Shown here: positions 60,183 through 64,000 of the stretch, piece by piece
Layout: every line of letters begins with the position of its first letter
How positions within the stretch are numbered: the stretch's first letter is position 1
Notes under the pieces: model-generated
Told to the model about the DNA's origin: nothing
What the model saw: only the letters and a program-made list of their open reading frames with translations
Databases searched by the model: none
Assembly (NCBI GenBank): GCA_963813025.1
Contig: CAWEXO010000008.1
Coordinates: 196,515 to 260,514 of the forward strand
From: an uncultured Verrucomicrobiae bacterium
Lineage (GTDB): Bacteria; Verrucomicrobiota; Verrucomicrobiia; Chthoniobacterales; JAFAMB01
DNA: 64,000 nucleotides
Direction: 5' to 3'
Program-made: the position numbers and the translations under genes

Positions 60183-62177
60183 CTAGCATGACGCATTCTC
60201 AAGAGTCGTTCCGTTACTGGTCCAAGCAGGCACGTCCGCTAATTCCTGGCGGATGAACAGATGATGCCAGAGTTGAGTTGCCACGACCGCGACTAAACCC
60301 ATTTCCACCGACAAGCGCTGCAGAGAACCCATCCGCATTTCGCGAAAAGCCCGCCGCCAAAAATGCACCGCCGCGACGTCAAAATATCCGGTGCGCTGCA
60401 ACGAGTCCTCGCTCAAAAGCTGAGCGACAAACGGCGGCTCAGGTTGGATATGAAAACTGTCCAGGGGAGCGCGGAAAATGACTTTTCGCCGACGATATAC
60501 CGATGGTGGCACCCAGCGTTCCGCTAAAAGGCGCAGCAGGTGCTTGTCCCGAAACCCTCGAAGCTTCCAACGTGGATCCACTGTAGCCAAAAAACTGAAG
60601 ACTTCCTCATCGAGGAACGGATATCTCACTTCCACCGAAGAGTTCATCGCTACGCGATCCCCTTTAGCCTGGAGCAGATGCCCAGCCAGGGTGACGCGGG
60701 CCGCGACCCAGATACCTCGGTTCAGCGGGTGCCAGCGTTTGGCCCGCTCCAGCGGCATTTGCAGATCAGTCCACGGATTGGTGTTCTTCAGGACTTCTCT
60801 CATCGGCGCAGCGTAAAAGCGAAGCTTTGAGAGACCAAGCAGTCCATAAGCATCGATCCAGGCGTTGGGACCGCCGACGGATTCCTCCACGCTGCGCCGA
60901 AAGTCCTTCGGATATTGCGGCACTCGGTGCAATCGAAGATAGGCGCGGCGGAGCTGATCGCTGAGCCGCAATCCAGGAATGAGATCCAGGAAACCGAGTG
61001 CCTTGGCCGCCTTATACCACGGATAACCGACCAGCCATTCGTCAGCCCCTTCACCCGTGAGAACTACCTTCTGCCCGCAGGAATGAACACGCTGCGCCAA
61101 TAGCAGCAAAGCAGCGCAGGAGGTGTCGACGACAGGCGCCTCTGCCGCGTGGATCAGTTGAGGATAGGTGTTCAGCGCGTCATCGGCGCGGAATTTCTGG
61201 ACGATTGGAGGCTTCGTGCCGATGTGTCGAGCCACGAGGTTGGCCGCGTCAAGCTCGTCGAGCTCGGGCGCCTCAACGCGGACCGTGTAAGTATTAATCG
61301 CCGGACCCTTGAGATGACAGGCGAGGGCTGTGATGATGCTCGAGTCGACACCACCTGATAAATAGGAACCTACTGGCACATCGGCCCGGAGACGCTTCCC
61401 GACCGCCTGTAGCATCAGCTGCTCGAAACGATCCACCAGAGCGCGCGGGTTCGCGCCAGGGTCTTCGTCGCCGCGGTCCGGAAAATCCATTTCCCAATAC
61501 GCATGTTCACTGACGACCGACGGAGTACCGGCATCGTTCCCCGGAACTATCTGCAAGTAACGCCCCGGAGGCAGCAGCTGCACGCCTTCGAAGCATGTCG
61601 TCGGAGCGGGCAGTGCAGAAAACGTAAAAATATGATCAATGCCGCGCAGATCGGGTCGCGCCGAGACCATGCCGGAAGCAAGCAGGCCCTTGATTTCAGA
61701 CGCGAAGAGGAGCCACTCCCCTTGACGAGTCCAATAAAGCGGACAGATACCGAAACGATCGCGCCCGAGCACTAAACGCCGGCGGCGCTCATCCCACAAC
61801 GCCAGGGCGAACTGGCCGCGGAGGCGCTCAAACATGGCTTCCTGGCACTCTTCCCAGAGATGCGGGACAATTTCGGTATCGCAATGCGTGACCAACCGGT
61901 GTCCGCGCTCTTCCAGGGCCGCCCTTTGCTCAGGATAATCAAAGAACTCGCCGTTAAATACTACGAATATGCTGCGGTCTTCATTCGTAACGGGCTGCTG
62001 GCCATCCGCCAAGCCCACGATACTGAGGCGTCGAGACCCCAGAGCCAGGCCGGGACGTTGAAAGTAGCCCTCCTCATCAGGACCACGGTGAAATATCGCC
62101 TGCGCCATCCGTTGGATAATGCCATCCGCGATGGAGCGGTGTCCGGACAGATCCACAATGCCTGCAATACCACACAT
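60183..62177 (-). CDS. asnB: Asparagine synthase (glutamine-hydrolysing) family amidotransferase
   Basis: MCGIAG, HRGPD, RRLSI, FNGE, RDRFG, LSGGVDSS, LTGEGADE, EVRYPFLD. Confidence 0.93.
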   Translation of the reverse strand: MCGIAGIVDLSGHRSIADGIIQRMAQAIFHRGPDEEGYFQRPGLALGSRRLSIVGLADGQQPVTNEDRSIFVVFNGEFFDYPEQRAALEERGHRLVTHCDTEIVPHLWEECQEAMFERLRGQFALALWDERRRRLVLGRDRFGICPLYWTRQGEWLLFASEIKGLLASGMVSARPDLRGIDHIFTFSALPAPTTCFEGVQLLPPGRYLQIVPGNDAGTPSVVSEHAYWEMDFPDRGDEDPGANPRALVDRFEQLMLQAVGKRLRADVPVGSYLSGGVDSSIITALACHLKGPAINTYTVRVEAPELDELDAANLVARHIGTKPPIVQKFRADDALNTYPQLIHAAEAPVVDTSCAALLLLAQRVHSCGQKVVLTGEGADEWLVGYPWYKAAKALGFLDLIPGLRLSDQLRRAYLRLHRVPQYPKDFRRSVEESVGGPNAWIDAYGLLGLSKLRFYAAPMREVLKNTNPWTDLQMPLERAKRWHPLNRGIWVAARVTLAGHLLQAKGDRVAMNSSVEVRYPFLDEEVFSFLATVDPRWKLRGFRDKHLLRLLAERWVPPSVYRRRKVIFRAPLDSFHIQPEPPFVAQLLSEDSLQRTGYFDVAAVHFWRRAFREMRMGSLQRLSVEMGLVAVVATQLWHHLFIRQELADVPAWTSNGTTLENASC

Positions 62178-62440
62178 GCCAGTCAGCTTTAGTCCATGGC
62201 AGGCCGGTCAAACAATCGCTTTTTTTTGCCTGGTTCCATTCAATTGCACCGGACCGGAACGAGGCCCGAGAAATGAGAACTCCAAAAAAAGACCGATTTT
62301 GTTGGCGAAAACCGTAATGTCGTGGTCACTATCCGCACTGTTTTGCACGCTTCAGCCACTCAGGACAACATTGACTTGTCCCACGCGAAATTTGTACCCA
62401 TATAATCCTCCGCTCGCGTCACGCGACGCTAACCCCTTCT

Positions 62441-64000
62441 ATGCCCAAAGATCGTATCGCAATCATCGGAATTGGCTGCCGTTTCCCCGGCGGGGTGAAT
62501 GACCCAGAGTCATTCTGGAAACTGCTCGTAGAGGGACGCGAGGCCGTGGGTGATGTGCCGCCTGACCGGTGGAACATCGAACGATTTTTCGATGCGGAGC
62601 CGGATCTGCCGGGAAAATCGATTGCTCGACGTGGCGGATTTTTGGAGGACATCGATCAGTTCGACCCGCAGTTTTTCGGAATCTCGCCGCGGGAAGCGCC
62701 CTACGTAGATCCACAGCACCGATTGCTGCTGGAGACAGCTTGGGAAGCGATCGAGGACGCCGGCGTGGTCCTCGATCTTGAGCGCGGGACCGACCTGGCC
62801 GTGTTTGTCGGAATTTCGCACAACGAATATCAGGGAATTCAGAGTACCCCGTTTGATCATTCCGGCATCGGTCCGCACTCGCCCACTGGCTGCGCACACA
62901 GTATTGCGGCCAACCGCATCTCCTATTGCCTCAATCTGCGCGGCGCGAGCGTCGCGATGGATACTGCCTGTTCGTCCGCGCTGACGGCAGTGCATGCGGC
63001 ATGCGAACACATTCGGGGGGGCCGAGGCGATGCGGCGCTGGCCGGCGGAGTCACAGTGATGATTACGCCCGGAGGATTCATCGGCTTTTCTCAAGCCTCG
63101 ATGCTGTCTCCGGAGGGTCGATGCAAGGCGTTCGATGCTTCGGCCGATGGTTTCGTTCGTGGCGAAGGCGCTGGCATGGTGCTCCTCAAGCGGCTATCAC
63201 AGGCTTTAGCGGACGGGGACCCCATCCACGGAGTGATTATTGGCACCGCTCTCAACCAGGACGGCCGCACCAATGGAATGTCGCTCCCCAGCGCCCGAGC
63301 GCAGGCGTCGCTGGTGCGCGATGCATGCGCAGACGCCGGAGTTTCTCCATCCGAAATCGGATTTGTCGAAGCTCACGGCACCGGGACAGCGGTGGGAGAT
63401 CCGATCGAGGCCCACGCGCTTTCCGAGGCACTTTGCCAAGATCGTTCGCCCGAAGCGCCGCTACTCGTCGGCTCGGTGAAGACGAACCTCGGCCACCTCG
63501 AAACGGCCGCAGGGCTCGCGGGTCTGCTCAAGGCGCTGCTGGCGTTAAAGCACAGGTGTATTCCGGCCAGCTTGCACTTCGAAACACCCAACCCGAACAT
63601 CGATTTCGTCGCTCTGAAACTCCGGGTGTCTACATCTCTGGAGCCCTTTCCAGAGACGGATGGTCCGCGCCTGGCGGGCGTCAATTCTTTCGGCTTCGGG
63701 GGTGCCAATGCGCATGTCGTTCTCATGGAACCGCCATCGCGTCCACAGCACGAACACTTGGAAGCCCACACAGAGCGCGCTTGGCCGTTGGTGCTCTCTG
63801 CTCGATCGGACGAATCCCTGCGTTCTTCGGCGATGCGCCTTGCTGCCTGGGCGGATGAGCGATCAAAAACGAACGGCAGCTCGCCCGTTCTGCCGGATCT
63901 GGCTTATACGTTAGGCGCCAGACGGAACCATCATCCGTATCGGCTCACCCTGGTCGCCCAGTCACTCGCGGAGGCGGTCCACGAACTCACGAGCTTCGCA
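62441..64000 (+). CDS. Type I polyketide synthase, N-terminal KS domain (runs off window end)
   Basis: Manual translation, absent from the ORF track: MPKDRIAIIGIGCRFPGG...DPQHRLLLE...DTACSS...EAHGTGT...KTNLGHLE...NSFGFGGANAH. Confidence 0.95.
   Translation, partial: MPKDRIAIIGIGCRFPGGVNDPESFWKLLVEGREAVGDVPPDRWNIERFFDAEPDLPGKSIARRGGFLEDIDQFDPQFFGISPREAPYVDPQHRLLLETAWEAIEDAGVVLDLERGTDLAVFVGISHNEYQGIQSTPFDHSGIGPHSPTGCAHSIAANRISYCLNLRGASVAMDTACSSALTAVHAACEHIRGGRGDAALAGGVTVMITPGGFIGFSQASMLSPEGRCKAFDASADGFVRGEGAGMVLLKRLSQALADGDPIHGVIIGTALNQDGRTNGMSLPSARAQASLVRDACADAGVSPSEIGFVEAHGTGTAVGDPIEAHALSEALCQDRSPEAPLLVGSVKTNLGHLETAAGLAGLLKALLALKHRCIPASLHFETPNPNIDFVALKLRVSTSLEPFPETDGPRLAGVNSFGFGGANAHVVLMEPPSRPQHEHLEAHTERAWPLVLSARSDESLRSSAMRLAAWADERSKTNGSSPVLPDLAYTLGARRNHHPYRLTLVAQSLAEAVHELTSFA

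Noticed and set aside
62463..63914. Several ORF-track entries, including 62926-63858
   Set aside because: Alternative frames overlapping the real PKS frame, which starts at 62441 and lacks a stop inside the window.
1..64000. tRNA, rRNA, riboswitch or prophage genes
   Set aside because: None recognisable by eye. A covariance-model scan (tRNAscan-SE, Infernal/Rfam) would be needed to exclude small RNAs.

Overview
Moderately GC-rich bacterial window. Gene content and intergenic palindrome style suggest a soil Verrucomicrobiota (Chthoniobacterales-like) genome; this is inference only. Layout: (1) 1-15.5 kb is a stress and signalling block with DUF1003, a Tat aldo/keto reductase, a Zn-dependent dehydrogenase, a YciF remnant, an ATPase-less PAS-HisKA_3 protein with a NarL regulator, an ECF sigma factor, two membrane microproteins, a receiver-only regulator, a CheB-CheR-PAS histidine kinase, LpxR, CbpM/CbpA and a LigC-type ligase. 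(2) 15.5-22.8 kb holds a sugar ABC locus with GH127, an L,D-transpeptidase and an MBL hydrolase. (3) 22.8-33.1 kb is an accessory island with VapC/AbrB, an IS630 inserted just upstream of the antitoxin, a SLOG-2xSLATT fusion, a YHS protein and a giant DUF4062(TIR-like)-nSTAND NTPase-TM-15xWD40-TPR NLR-like gene. Most island genes carry single-base frameshifts that may be read errors. (4) 33-48 kb has DoxX, OsmC, a LacI-controlled ABC-GH116 operon, and a second sugar ABC system with an SIS isomerase. (5) 48-64 kb has YihY flanked by two possibly paralogous unknown proteins, an internally deleted HAD phosphatase with a G1PDH-like gene, Mut7-C, orphan ActC/ActD, MalE, a Tat sugar-binding protein, a TPR protein, an amidase, AsnB and the start of a type I PKS. 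Two dispersed REP-like palindrome families recur. Best candidate for a new system: an NLR-like TIR-fold/STAND/WD40 receptor with hypervariable repeats, paired with a SLOG-SLATT membrane effector (Thoeris-like signal logic with an NLR sensor). No rRNA, tRNA or CRISPR array was seen.
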